Of a stretch of 64,000 nt of DNA, positions 13,469 through 27,803 are shown one piece after another; positions within the stretch are counted from its first letter, which is position 1, and each line of letters starts with the position of its first letter. Source of the stretch: Eledone cirrhosa (taxonomy: Eukaryota); the NCBI GenBank assembly GCA_964016885.1, contig OZ024741.1, positions 42,408,001 to 42,472,000 of the forward strand, read 5' to 3'. A model generated the notes under the pieces. It made no database searches. It was not told the DNA's origin and worked only from the letters and a program-made list of their open reading frames with translations. The position numbers were made by a program, and so were the translations under genes.

Positions 13469-13849
13469 TTGAAAATGTTAACTATCAATTATTCATAAAT
13501 AAGAAAATGTCTTGTGTATTAATTTGTAAAACGCGTCATTATATATTCTCTTCTGTAATAGAAAAAAAAAAGGGAAAAAAAACCAGAAGAAAAGCTATAT
13601 GAGAAACACACCTGTTCAATAATGCATGAGAAAGTTTCTTTTATCGACTATAAATTTTGACAGAATTGTCGTTTATAAAAGCAAGGCACAAACGAACTTA
13701 TTCCCCACCTTTCGATCTACATGGTAAGCATATTCAATGTATAAAAACTACAGTAGGCAGTAGATTTATTTCTAATAATGTAGGGAACTATCTTGATTTT
13801 GAATTCTACTATATTGAAGATATAAGCAAATAATGATAATACTAATAGT

Positions 13850-15845
13850 GGTTTCTGATTTAGGCCAATGCATGGAGAAGGAAAGTCAATTAACTCAACC
13901 CCAATACGTTACTGGTACTTTATTTTATCGATCCCGTAAGGATGAAAGGCAAAGTTAACCACGGAGGCATTTGAACGCAGAGTGTAAAGGAACGTAACTA
14001 TATGCCGAAGGAACGTAACTATATGCCGCGAAGCATAGAGTCCGACGCTCTACCGATACTAATACTGCCAATCCACCGCCCTAATAATGGTTTATGATTA
14101 AGACACAAGGCTAGCACATTTTTTTGAAGGGCGGGGAAAGTCGATTAAATCGACCTCAGTGCATGACTGTACATTATTTTATCGACCCCCTAAGGATGAG
14201 AGGTAAAGCTAACTTCGGCGGGATTTGAACTCAGTAAGTAAAGGACCATAACTCTATGCTTCGAAGCATAGTGTCCGACGCTCTGCCGATACTGTTAATC
14301 CACCGCCCTAATGGTAATACTACAACTAATAATTTTTTCTAACATTGGCAAAAAGGCAATAATTTGTGGGGAAGGAGAACGTCGATTATATTGACCCAGT
14401 ATTTGACTGGTAGGGCGGCGAATTGGCAGAGTCGTTAGAACGTCGGATAGAGGCTTTGTGATATTCGTTCTGACTCTCAGCTCACTGAGTACAAATCTCG
14501 CTGAGGTCAACTTTGCCTTTCATCCTTTCGAGGTCGATAAAAAAGTACCAGTCTAGTACTGGAGTCGATTCTTCCTCTATATCTTTTTCTCACTTCTCTC
14601 TTTCACGGTGTGCTTATAAACATTGTTGTTGTTGTTTTCATTGGTGCTATTTAAATGAGTCTTTTTAGTAACTCTCAGAGACATTTGCACAGTCTTATAT
14701 TTCATCCACATATTGTATAGTTTTCTCTTCCAATTAGTTCTGAAGAGCGTGTATTTCTGGGAGTCACATTTTTAAATGTAATTGCTAGAAGGTTTCTAAC
14801 AAAGCTGTTTTTTTTATTGGCAGTATCGGTAGAGAGTTGGTTGCCATGCTTTGCAGCATAGAGTTACAACCCTTTATGATCTGAGTTCAAATCTCACCGA
14901 GGTTAACTTTGCCTTTCATCTTTACGGGGTCGATAAAATAAAGTACCAGTAATGCACTGGGGTAATTGCGTCAAAGCATGGTGTCCGACCTTCTACCGAT
15001 ACTGCCAATCCACCGCAAGCATTTTACTGTTTCGGTCTTTCCTTTCGCCATGACGAAACATTCAATATAGGATGCTACTTCATTGATGATGGTTGTCTTT
15101 GTGTTAATATCAAAGTGTGTGCCCCTATGTTCATTGTTGTTATTCTTATTATTCTTGTTATCTCTAATATTACAAATGATGGTTTCTTATATAAGCACAA
15201 GGCCAGACATTTGGGCGGAGGGGAAAATCGATTAATTCGACCCCAGTCCATTACTGGTACTTTATGTTACCGACCCCGTAAGGATGAAAGGCAAATTTAA
15301 TGTCAGCGGGATTTGAACTCAGATCATAAAGGGCCGTAACTCTATGCTGCAAAGCATGGCGTCCGACCCTCTACCGATACTGCCAATCCACGGCCCTATG
15401 TAATATTACAAATAATAATGATAATATTTGTTTCTACTTTAGGCACAAGGCCAGAAATTTGGGGGAGGGGAAAGTCGATTAAATTGACCCCAGTGCATTA
15501 CTGGTACTTTATGTTTCCGACCCCGCAAGGATGAAAGGCAAAGCTAATCTCGGCGGGATTTGAACCCAGAACATAAAGGACCGTAACTCTATGCCGCAAA
15601 GCATATTATCCAAATCCCTACCGATTGTGTTAACCCACCGCCCAATAATAATAATAATTGTTTCTACTTTTCGCATAAGGCCAGCAATTACCCAGTGCAT
15701 TACTGGTACTTTATTTTATCGACCCCGTAAGGATGAAAGGCAAAGTTTACCTTGGCGGGATTTGAACTCAGACCATAAAGGGCCATAACTCTTTGCTGCA
15801 AAGCATGGCGTCCGACCCTCTACCGATACTGCCAATCCACCCCCC
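13850..15845. mobile_element. Cluster of ~8 S1 SINE copies (mostly minus strand, tandem; plus-strand copies at ~14410-14570 and 14817-14965)
   Basis: Repeated S1 consensus separated by (TAA)n-like spacers. Confidence 0.85.
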
Positions 15846-15959
15846 TTAATAATAACAATAATAATGATAATTCGTGTAGTCATACTTGACGAAAAGAAAA
15901 TTAATAAAAAAAAAAGCAACAACAAAACAAACAAAGCTACTAATGTTTTGTTTAAATAA

Positions 15960-17460
15960 AGAAACAGAAATGAGAGAATTAGACAAAACAGAAACTTACA
16001 AATACTTAAAAATTAATGAATTGTGAAGAGTTCAACACCGAAATGAAAGAAAAGGTTAGTTAGGAATAACATAGACGCATCACATTAATAATTAAAAGTT
16101 AAATGTAAAAGAATATGAAGTACTAGACATCAATACTATAGCTGTGCCACTAATAAGTTAGAGTTATGCTATTCTCAACTGGAAACTAAGTGAATTAGAT
16201 AGATTAGACACGAAAAACAAAAAAATATAAGTCCATTGAGAATACAGTACACAGTATCGTCAGAGGAAAATTATATTATAGTTATCACAAATTCTAGGAG
16301 GTAGGTGTCTTCTGCAAATAGAAAATTATTATATATCTATTTAGGACTGTAAAGGTAGCGACCCAATAGTGAGGTCTTTGGGCTCACGATCATAGTGTCA
16401 TGCGTTCAATTCTTGGTGGTGCGTTGACTGCTTGAACAATGCACATCTTTTCACCAATACAAAGACAAGGAGATCAAAGCTAGCTAACCAGATATTAGAG
16501 TCAAAGAATACATAGAAAATACGGCTTTTAACTGATGTATCTTTCTCAACAAATGACTATATATCTACCAAGGAAATGGAGAAATTATTCACATATAAAA
16601 ATCTGGAGATAGAAATAACTCGAATGTGGATGATGGAAACAGAAACAATCTAAACTATAATAAAGTAAGGAGTGCGGGACTGCGTACGGTTTATTTCTTT
16701 TAATCCAGTTAGTAAAATAAGTTGGATTACTTTGAATAAATAATTGTTTCTACTTTTGGCACAAGACCAGCTTTACCCAGTAAATTACTGGTATTTTATT
16801 TTGTCGACCCCGTAAGGATGAAAGGCAAAGTTAACCTTGGCGGGATTTGAACTCAGACCATAAAGGGCCGTAACTCTTTGCTGCAAAGCATGGTGTCCGA
16901 CCCTCTACCGATACTGCCAATAATGAATAGATATTACATAATTTATCTACTAAATTTCGTAGCTGTTGATTAAATATATTTTATCCCTTATTTAAAGATT
17001 CACTTCATTAAGATTTTCAAATGTCAACACTTCCGGTTAGCGATCGCTTAAATAAACATCCATATATTTATGTTACTAATTTTCTCCTAATGCAGTTTAT
17101 ATATAATCTCGTCTTTTTTTAATGAATCATGGATTACGTTACTGATTACATAAGACAGTGTAACGCAGTTTCTCTTGTATATTTCTGTGTATATTGTCAA
17201 TTACAGTTTTATTTGATGTATCATATCTACATGCATATATACTTGCGTATAATATCAATATCCACACTACACCTGCTAGCAGAAAAACACTCGAAGGGTG
17301 GTGTTGCTGCTAGTACCCATAATAATATGTGCTCTGGGAATAAAAAAAAACACGCAGACAGACACATAACCAAAACTACAGAACCTACACAATTATACAA
17401 CATAGGGAAATAGCCCAACTTTCACTGCACACATATTGCGAAGAGTGCTTTTATTACAAA
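15960..17460 (+). pseudogene. Decayed R4/Dong-clade non-LTR retrotransposon (RT thumb plus restriction-like endonuclease), interrupted by SINE and Helitron
   Basis: Translations EMRELDKTETYKYLKINE, INTIAVPLIS.SYAILNWKLSELDRLDTK, TKEMEKLFTYKNLEIEITRMWMMETET|IPIIICALG, TAHILRRVL match R4/Dong C-terminal motifs. Confidence 0.75.
16649..17313 (+). mobile_element. Non-autonomous Helitron (family H1) with nested S1 SINE at ~16742-16922 (-)
   Basis: A|TC...CTAG|T ends with no TSD and a 3' hairpin; removal restores the R4 reading frame; second copy at 56139-56624 lacks the SINE. Confidence 0.85.
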
Positions 17461-17939
17461 ATAAATTACAACACTAAAGACAACACTGCACATACCCAAG
17501 CACATGGAAGGGAAGTTGATAAACTTAAATTTAGTTGAATTAGATGTTGAAAGAGTTATAAAAGAACTTGAGCAGGAATAAATCTATAAATATATATCAA
17601 CACATGTCAACTATATTTTACAAAAAGCTGGAAATATATTGGGTCATCAAGTATGAAATTTGTAGAAATTTCTTTTTGTTTTAGGAATTTATACAAATTT
17701 CATACTTGACGACCCAATATAAATAAAGATAAAACAAAATTAATTAAATGAAAATAGGTGCACGGGGTAAAGAAGGACAGATTTGGCTGTATAAGAAAGT
17801 AGAGGAAAGGGCTACAAATGCCATAAATGAGAGGGGGAAGCAAGGCCTATTAGGTCACGGAAGAAGGGGTGGGGGTGGAAGATGAGAGGGTGATAGGCTC
17901 TATGTCTTGGGCGGTGTTTCAGCTGTGACCCGCGGACAA

Positions 17940-18240
17940 AACCTATAAATGCCATGGTATAAATGGAGGCTCAGATGTTCAGCATGCAAACATGAAAAAG
18001 AAGATAAGGAAGGAATGTTATAAGAGAGTAGGAGCAGTTCTGAAATATGGTCTAAATGCTTATAAGAAGGTGTCAGCCATAAATTCCTTAGCAGTTCCAG
18101 TTGTTAGTTATAGCTTCTATGTGTTGAACTGGTTTATCAGAGAAATAAAGGGAATTGACAAAATAATTCGTAAGTTACTGACTTGTTATAAGATGTTCCA
18201 CCGAAAGGCAGATGGGAATCGTCTTTACTTTCCCAGAAAT
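17940..18240 (+). pseudogene. Second R4/Dong-clade RT-thumb fragment
   Basis: KKKIRKECYKRVGAVLKYGLNAYKKVSAINSLAVPVVSYSFYVLNW...IDKIIRKLLT..KMFHRKADGNRLYFPRN, truncated by a SINE. Confidence 0.8.
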
Positions 18241-18244
18241 CAAC

Positions 18245-18600
18245 AACATGCTTTGTGGCATATTATTACGGCCCTTTATGTTCTAAGTTCAAATCCCGCT
18301 GAGGTTAGCTTTGCCTTTCATCCTTACGGGGTCGATAAAATAAAGTACCAGTAATGCACAGGGGTCGATTAAATCGATTTGCTCTTCCCTCTAAATTGTT
18401 GGCCTTGGGCCTAAATCAGAAAGGGTTCATTGGCAGTATCGGTAGAGCGTCAGACACCATGCTTTTCATCAGAGTTCTGGCCCTTTACGTACTGAGTTCA
18501 ACTCCCGCCGAGGTTAACTTTGCCTTTCATCCTTACAGGGTCGATAAAATAAAGTACCAGGGGTAATTGCTGGCCTTGTGCCAAAAGTAGAAACAATTAT
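18245..18600 (+). mobile_element. Two tandem S1 SINE copies
   Basis: S1 consensus. Confidence 0.85.
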
Positions 18601-19390
18601 TATAAACACAGAACTACCGATAAAGAAATAAATAAGTTTCCTTTATAAATGTATCTTTCATGGATTATCAGATTATCAACGTGAAAGCAACATGGCCGAA
18701 TAGCTGCTTCACAATCATAAGGCCCCAGGTTCGATTTCACCACATGGCATCTTAAGCAAGTGTCATATATCATACTCTCTGGCGGATCCAAGCCTTATAA
18801 GTAAAACTGGGTAGACGGAAACTGTGTAGAAGTCCAACGGGTTGATTGTATCTTTAATTCAAAGAGTCAGCATTGTCTCATATTATGTCACACTGATTTC
18901 ACATGGGAATTACGGATACGTCTCCATGGAATACTCAGCCACATGCAGGATGATTCTTGAGGTGGACGTTCAGTTAACCGGAACGAAATCAGTGCTCATC
19001 ATCAAAACAGACGAAATATCCATCATTTGAATTATCAATACATAGTTATTAGGCAGTTCTCTCGATCAAATAACTGGAAGCCAACATTAGATAGATATAT
19101 TATATATGTTTACTTTGTAGAACATTCCAGAGCTCTTAAACTTGATTTAAGAATCATTCCTTTCAAATTATGTTGATGTATTCCTAAGTGGTAGAATTTA
19201 CAAATATTCTTAACGACAAATGTATAGCAGTCCTTTTAGTATGAATTTATTACAACTCGTGTCGTAGTGTTTTGCTGTTTTGTGTCTGCTATCTTGACAG
19301 GAAAAAATAGAATATTGAAAAACGAAAGAGAAAAAAGTCATTGAAGAGACATCATAACGATACATTAGTATTCCATTTGTATCACTAACA

Positions 19391-19880
<490 letters not shown>

Positions 19881-20162
19881 GTCGGGCGCAGGCACATGTA
19901 GAACTGTGAGTAAGCAGAACTAAAATACCTCAATACGAAACAAAGGTTATATAGCGTGCTACATTAAAATGTAATTTTGTCTTGCTAGTGAATATGGAAT
20001 AGAAATATATGATTCTCTCTATTTTCTCTCACGTACATAACTACATACACATACATACATACATATATACATGCATACACATGTACATACATAAATACAT
20101 ACATACACATACATAGATTCATACGTACATATTTACATTCATACATTCATACATACATAAAT

Positions 20163-20770
20163 GGTGGCTGCCAACTCGTTTTCGAGTACGGCCACTACTT
20201 TATATCCATGTAGGAGAACCCCTACCGATGCGCTGAACAAGTGTGACTTTTTAGTCCAGCCAGCGACTTGAAAACTCTGGTACAAACACTATACTTGTGA
20301 CAATTATTGACACATAGTGCTGGGCCCATGGTACCATGTGACGACAAGTGCAGAGAGATCTCCAGATATAAAGCAATGCCTGTGCCGTGAAGCTTTTATA
20401 GTGAGCAAAGGCACTGCACAAAGCCAGTCCCACTCTCTTAACAAAGATGATATTTACCAAAAAGAAGAACAAGTCAACATCATTGGATACCATCAGGGTT
20501 GCAGGTGTTATATCAGAGTTTTCCTTCTAGAATTCTGCCTTGACAAAGGCTAAGGGATCATCTCTCTCGGTGATTTTGGATGGCCATTGACTCTTAAGAG
20601 CTTCTTTGCCCTTTGACAGGTTTTGTTTTTAGTCCTGCAGGATGTACAAAGTCACCCTCCTCACCAAGAAACCTTGGTGGGGTTGCCAGTTTAGTCGCCA
20701 ACGACCCGACCATGAGACAGGTTGTACTGGGATACATGTTACCACTAGCACCAACTGGTGACCTGACATA
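20163..20770 (-). mobile_element. Internally deleted, non-autonomous RTE-derived element (5' UTR joined to 3' end)
   Basis: Minus strand: RTE-type leader motif GGCAG..TCTAGAAGGAAAACTCTGA, then C-terminal zinc-finger remnant ([16 protein letters not shown]) and 3' stem-loop CTCG..AACGAG..GCAGCC ending in microsatellite; partial copies at 31308-31478 and 45411-45838. Confidence 0.7.
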
Positions 20771-20894
20771 AATACATACATACGTACATACATACGTACA
20801 TACATACGTACATAGATACATATATGTATACATACATACTGGCATACGTATTTATATATATATATTTATATATATATATAAATACGTATATATA

Positions 20895-21537
<643 letters not shown>

Positions 21538-21867
21538 TACTGAGCCGCAGGTTTCATATCCGAATTATCCCAGTTTCCTGAGTTGCCTTCTCCTAGAAGA
21601 ATGCTTTGACAAAGGCTAAGGGTCCTTCACTCCAAGTGGTTTAACCGCGCGGGACGTGTATATACATATATACACACATTTGGGTGGCCGTTGACTCTGA
21701 TGAGTTTCCGCCCTTTGTCAGGTTTTGCTTTTTGTCCTGCAGGGTATCCGAAATCACCCTCCTCACCAAGTGTCACTGGGTGGGGTCGCCGGTTTAGTCG
21801 CCGGCGACCCGACCATGCGACAGGTTGTACTGGGTTACATGTTACCAGTAGCATTCAAGAGTGACCC

Positions 21868-21907
<40 letters not shown>

Positions 21908-21944
21908 TACATACCTGTACAAATACATACATACACACACACAG

Positions 21945-21976
<32 letters not shown>

Positions 21977-22048
21977 GTATAGACATATATATGTATGTAT
22001 ATGGACAATTTGTACAAATATATGTTTTCCCTGCACTTTCTATGAAAC

Positions 22049-22079
<31 letters not shown>

Positions 22080-22344
22080 ATGAATGTGAGAGAGAGAGAG
22101 CAAGAGCGAGAGGGATACGCACAAATATACATATGCATGTAAGTACACAAACACGCGCGTGCGCATACACACACGCGCACACAAACACATATGCTGTAGT
22201 AGGGCTCCGACATACTACTGCGTATTTATTTCCCATTTGCATACAGAGCAATTGCTCTGTATGCAAATGGGAATCATCATCCCATGTTTATAAACAAAAT
22301 ACTATAAACTTCCAGCATATTCTCACTTAGACGTGTAGGAATAA

Positions 22345-22389
22345 CCTTGTCCGATGAAGGAACAAACGTCCTGAAATGGTATCACCAGG
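22345..22389 (+). ncRNA. Degenerate minimal hammerhead ribozyme
   Basis: CCTTGT-CCGATGA-AGGA..TCCT-GAAA-TGGTA-TC-ACCAGG; core U4>C. Confidence 0.5.
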
Positions 22390-22544
22390 GTGCTCTCCCT
22401 TTGTTGCTAGAAATAGCTGTGACAACATCACAGCTTATTGATAAATCATAGAGAGTCTGAAAGAGTTTTTACACATAAACATTTCGTATATGCTTCAATA
22501 TACGACCCTATGTATATACATACATACATACATAAACACACGCG

Positions 22545-22605
<61 letters not shown>

Positions 22606-22827
22606 ACACACACACACACATATATATAGAGACAGAGCCTTATTACACTGTAGTTTCACCTGCGCACTCACAGGATTAATAGACAAGAAGCAAAGCCACA
22701 CTTGTTCAAGTCACTTATCTATATATTAATGTATCCATTTTAGTTAATGTAATGAGTATCTTACTTTAATTCTTGCACCTTTATCTATTTAACTGAAATA
22801 TATATATGTAATAATTATATATATATA

Positions 22828-23015
22828 GGCGGTGGATTGGCAGTATCGGTAGAGGGTCGGACGTCATGCTTTGACGCATAGAGTTACGGCCCTTGCCATT
22901 CTGAGTTCAAATCCCGCCAAGGTCAACTTTGTCTTTCATCCTGATGGGGTTGATAAAATAAAGTACCAGTAATGTACTGGTTAATTGCTGGCCTTGTGCC
23001 AAAAGTAGAAACAAT
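22828..23015 (+). mobile_element. Full-length S1 SINE inserted in TA-rich site
   Basis: S1 consensus, TAATTATATATATATA-like flanks. Confidence 0.9.
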
Positions 23016-23028
23016 TATATATATATAT

Positions 23029-24745
23029 ACTTGGAGAGGGTCATATTTGTGTAATAATATTGCCAGAATTAATAACAGAACACACTCACTGTTTGGTTGG
23101 TTTTCGCTTCTGTGTCTTTTATATCGGTTAATTTAATTTATTCGGTCTCAATGTTACCATTGACTGACCAACGGTCAAACATACAGTTATAATATAGACA
23201 CAAGCACATATATATAGTCTAACAAAGTTCTTTCGTTGCACATCTGCAACCACATCAGTGGTGCTATTATGTTTCCTCCTGTTGTATTGTATGCCTACAC
23301 CATCTTTATTTACTCTGATTATTTTTTTTTGTCTTCTCTGCGCATGCGTTTGGGTGTGTGTACAGTGTTTGATGTGTGTTCGTCTTTGGGTGACTGTGTA
23401 TTGTTTATTGTATTCTATCTTAGTTTACTAGTGTGTGTTTATATGTGTTTGTTGTTATTGTGCTTGTGTATGTATTTATTTATTTATTTATACCTCTCTT
23501 AGGTCAGTATTGTTTATTTGGGTGTTGTTATTCCATTCATTTTTTCTGTTTAGCCTTGGCCTTCTAAGTTCTATTTCGCTGGCCTCTCTGATTTGCCTAT
23601 CGGCTGCGTCATTTCTATGTTTAGATATTCTAATTTCTATGTTGTCTATGTTACCGTCGTGTTGTTGTCTGGCATGTTCGTATAGTATTGAACCATTTTT
23701 TCGTCCTTTTAGTTATCAGAATGTCATGTTGGCGCTACCCTTGGAGGGAAATTAGCTAACCAGTGTAGAAAGGCCCTGAGAAAGACCCACTTAAACATTA
23801 AGGTGGTAGAAAAGCCAGAAACCACCATAAAATCCCTGATCAGCAAAACCTACCCTTTTAAGAAAATACACTGTAGTAATAGGAAATATATTATATGTAA
23901 AGTAAACCCCCGGATAAACTGTAAATCTAGAAATTTAGTCTATAGCATAAGATGTACAGAGGATACTTGCAGAAACATGACAACAACATACATAGGTGAG
24001 ACAGCTCGTAGCATAGGTGAAAGGATAGACCAACACTGGGGGGAACTAAGAGGATGAAAATACGGTTCAGTACTATACAAACATGCCAGACAACAACACG
24101 ACGGTAACATAGACAACATAGAAATTAGAATAATATCTAAACATAGAAATGACCCAGCAGATGGGCAAATCAGAGAGGACAGCGAAATAGAAGTTAGAAG
24201 GCCAAGACAAAATAGAATAAATGAATGGAATAACAACACCCAAACAAACAATACTGACCTAAGAGAGGTATAAATAAATAAATAAATACATACACAAGCA
24301 CAATAACAACAAACACATATAAACACACAATCGTGAATTAAGATAGAATACAATAACCAATACACAGTCACCCAAACCCGAACACACACCAAACACTATA
24401 CACACACGCAAACGCATGCGCAGAGAAGACAAAAAAAAAATAATAAACTGACTAAACAAAGATGGTGTAGGCATACAATACAACAGGAGGAAACATAATA
24501 ACACCACTGACGATGCTGCAGATGTGCAACGAAAGAACTTTGTTAGACTATATATATGTGTTTCTGTCTATATTATATCTGCATGTTTGACCGTTGGTCA
24601 GTCAATGGTAACATTGAGGACCGAATAAATTAAATTAACCGATATAAAAGACACAGAAGCGAAAACCAACCAAACAGTGAGTGTGTTCTGTTATTAATTC
24701 TGGCAATATTATTACACAAATATGACCCTCCCCAAGTATAACAAT
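23029..24745 (+). mobile_element. 5'-truncated Penelope-like element (family A2) with ~670 bp inverted copy of its 3' end
   Basis: 23029-23700 is the reverse complement of ~24060-24738; centre encodes GIY-YIG; hammerhead-like CTGA(C/T)G..G(C/T)TGCAGATGTGCAACGAAAG in both arms. Confidence 0.88.
23720..24260 (+). pseudogene. PLE linker/zinc-finger plus GIY-YIG endonuclease fragment
   Basis: IKVVEKPETTIKSLISKTYPF..C..CKSRNLVYSIRCTEDTCRNMTTTYIGETARSIGERIDQH; homologous to 28999-29730; stop/frameshift present. Confidence 0.85.
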
Positions 24746-24754
24746 ATTTGTTTC

Positions 24755-24886
24755 GTTACGCCCCTTTACGATCTGAGTTCAAATCCCGCCAAGGTTAACT
24801 TTGCTTTTCATACTTACGAGGTCGATAAAGTAAAGTACCTGTAATGTACTGGGTAATTGCTGGCCTTGTGCTGAAAGTAGAAACAG
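24755..24886 (+). mobile_element. 5'-truncated S1 SINE
   Basis: S1 3' two-thirds. Confidence 0.8.
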
Positions 24887-24887
24887 T

Positions 24888-24921
<34 letters not shown>

Positions 24922-24995
24922 TGTATGTATGTATCTATGTATGTATGTATGTATGTATGTATGTATGTATGTATGTATGTATGTATGTATGTATG

Positions 24996-25030
<35 letters not shown>

Positions 25031-25086
25031 GCATGTATATGTATATTTGTACACACACAGAAGTATATACACACACTCACACACAG

Positions 25087-25123
<37 letters not shown>

Positions 25124-25199
25124 ACGAGGGAAATGTGGTAATGAACCAGATGGACCATAACGCACTAAAGTAATCAATACTTAGGGTAGCAGAGTGGGT

Positions 25200-25255
25200 G
25201 ATAGGAACGACTAGGACCCCGACGGCTAGGCTCAGCCGTCGGGGTCCTACTCGTT

Positions 25256-25259
<4 letters not shown>
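25200..25259. repeat. ~58 bp GC-rich palindrome ending in (TA)n
   Basis: TAGGAACGACTAGGACCCCGACGGCT-AGGCTC-AGCCGTCGGGGTCCTACTCGTTCCTA; one arm recurs at 33869-33905 next to (TA)n. Confidence 0.9.
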
Positions 25260-25352
<93 letters not shown>

Positions 25353-25454
25353 ATCTATATATATAGTAATAATAATAAATTTGAAGACTAAAATCCCAAG
25401 AGGGCTCGATAAGGATAAATATATATCAAATATATAAGAACCGTAGAGCAAATA

Positions 25455-27230
25455 TTTATTAAAATAACAGATTAAAGTTTAAGCAAAGAATCGCTGCATT
25501 CACCCTTAACGGGATCTTCTGAAACTAACAAAGTCAATCTGTGAACGCAGAAGTGAATATTAAAAAAAAACGTTGCAATACTATTAAAATGTCTTACTCT
25601 ACGACTCCTAACCTTGCTCATAACATCACAGCTTCAAATTTAGCTAAACTACCGAGCCGTAGGAACACGTGCAACCCTGTAGTTAGTACTAACTGTAATT
25701 GTAGGAATCGGGTTGACTGCCCCCTATCCGGGAAATGTCTCTCTAGTAATATTATCTACAAATGTAAGGTTGAAACACCCACGTCCCGTAGGGCCTACAT
25801 AGGGTTAACCGCCAATAGATTCAAGCAGCGTCTTTCCATGCATACCCATTCTTTTCGTTACCCTTTAAGAAGGGTTATGACGTCACTCTCAGCTTATATC
25901 TGGAGTCTAAAAGACAACCAGACCCAATATAAGTTACACTTGGAGATCCTAGCTTGGGCTAGATCGTATAACAGAAATAAAAGACCATGTGACCTCTGCG
26001 CCGCTTAGGCTCTGGAAATACTCTACGACAAACACCACATCTTAAACAAAAAATATGAGGCAATTTCGGCTTGTAAACATAAATTGCAAAAAACTTTCCT
26101 GTATTACAGCCCCACATTATACCCTAACGGATAGTACGAACTATACGCGGATATTTTACGGCTTGATGTCGTAGCCAAGTATATGTTATATTTATACCAT
26201 TACTTATTTGTATAGGTAAGTATATATTACCTGTATGTTTTGTGAGGTACGTATACTTTCTCATACGTTGATTGTATACGTTATGGCGTATATATTATTT
26301 TTTCTGGTACATATGCTTTTGCTTATACGTGAGCTTTGCGCTGTGTAAGTATGCGGGTTCGTACGTATGTAGGGTGTGTGTATATGTGTACTTCGTGTTT
26401 TGGTTGACGTACGTCTCCAAACATAAGTGTATTTACATGTAGGTATGTGTGGGCGCTTGTTATATACGTATTTATTTATTTATATACGTTTATTTAATTA
26501 TATGTATACACGCACACACGCACACACATATATATATATATATATTTTTTCATATATATCTTTATGTGTATTTGGTGTATACATTCGTATCCGTGCAGGT
26601 ACGTGCGATGCGTGGGTTCGGTATATGCATGCGGTTTTTTTTTCTGTACGTGCGTGTATTTGTATACCTATGGCGAGTGTTTTCGCGTATGCTTGTGTAT
26701 GTACGTATATGGATGTGTGTATGTATTTATTTAATTTCATTTACCTCTGTATTTTATTCACTTTAATCTTAACTCTCAAGCCGAGAAACATTCGGTTTCC
26801 TAGTTAGATTTTAGTCTACGACTTCAGTTATACCATTTACGTGGTTTTGTCTTTGTGTGTAATTGTTCTGTCCGCTCCACATATGACGTATTATCTTCGT
26901 TTTCCCGTTCATTGCCAGAGAACGTCTCTATGAACCACCTAATTGAATATTAGTCTACGACTTCTTTTATACCATAAACGTGGTTTTGTCTGCGCGCGTA
27001 ATTGTTTTTCCCCGCTCCAAATAATGACGTATTATATTCGTTTTTCCCCGTTCTTTGCCAGGGAACGTTTCGACGAACCAAAGTATCGTCTTCCTGTCTT
27101 CCTCCGGTTGCAACGTTTTTTGAAATATTCACTTCTGCGTTCACAGATTGACTTTGTTAGTTTCAGAAGATCCCGTTAAGGGTGAAAGAAGCGATTCTTT
27201 GCTTAAACTTTAATTGGTTATTTTAATAAA
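25455..27230 (+). mobile_element. 5'-truncated PLE (family B) with ~120 bp inverted 3' copy at its 5' end
   Basis: 25455-25578 is the reverse complement of 27108-27230; GIY-YIG ORF inside; hammerhead-like CAGAAGA-TCCC..GGGT-GAAA-GAA..TTC-TT at ~27157-27209; ~140 bp tandem duplication at 26810-27080. Confidence 0.85.
25589..26127 (+). pseudogene. PLE GIY-YIG endonuclease C-terminal fragment (lineage distinct from family A)
   Basis: NCNCRNRVDCPLSGKCLSSNIIYKCKV...AYIGLTANRFKQR..H..SF...LSAYIWSLK...CDLC; premature stop at 26006, then ILNKKYE..SACKH. Confidence 0.88.
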
Positions 27231-27340
27231 TATATATATATATTTATATATATATTATAATGAAATGACAGGAGGCTGGATTAACCATACGGAATAGACC
27301 AGCTCCATACAGTGGTGAACCTCAAACCCGTATATATATT

Positions 27341-27409
<69 letters not shown>

Positions 27410-27489
27410 GTATGTATATACTTCTGTGTGTGTATGTGTGTGAGCAAATATACATATACATGCGTATATATATATATATATATATTTAA

Positions 27490-27690
27490 TTCATCTGGCA
27501 ATCAATGATAAACATTGATTGCCAGATAAATTAACTATGGAGATATAAAAGATACAAAAGCCAAAACCAACCCTAACCAAACAGTGAATGTGTTCTGTTA
27601 TTATTTCTGGCAATATTATAACAATATGACCCTCCCCAAGTATAACAATATTTGTTTCGGCACACGATTTCATATCAAAAACCTTGCAAA

Positions 27691-27692
<2 letters not shown>
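27490..27692 (+). mobile_element. Short 3'-terminal PLE fragment (family A2-related) between microsatellites
   Basis: AAACAGTGAATGTGTTCTGTTATT..TCTGGCAATATT...ATGACCCTCCCCAAGTATAACAATATTTGTTTCG matches 24670-24755. Confidence 0.75.
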
Positions 27693-27777
<85 letters not shown>

Positions 27778-27803
27778 CACATGTATATATATATATATAT
27801 ATA

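Noticed and set aside
21690-21720. CTGATGAG hammerhead-like core
   Set aside because: No stem II/GAAA/stem I partner downstream
26006-26008. In-frame stop in PLE ORF as possible recoding (selenocysteine)
   Set aside because: The codon is TAG at a position expected to be Glu (GAG), so a simple nonsense mutation
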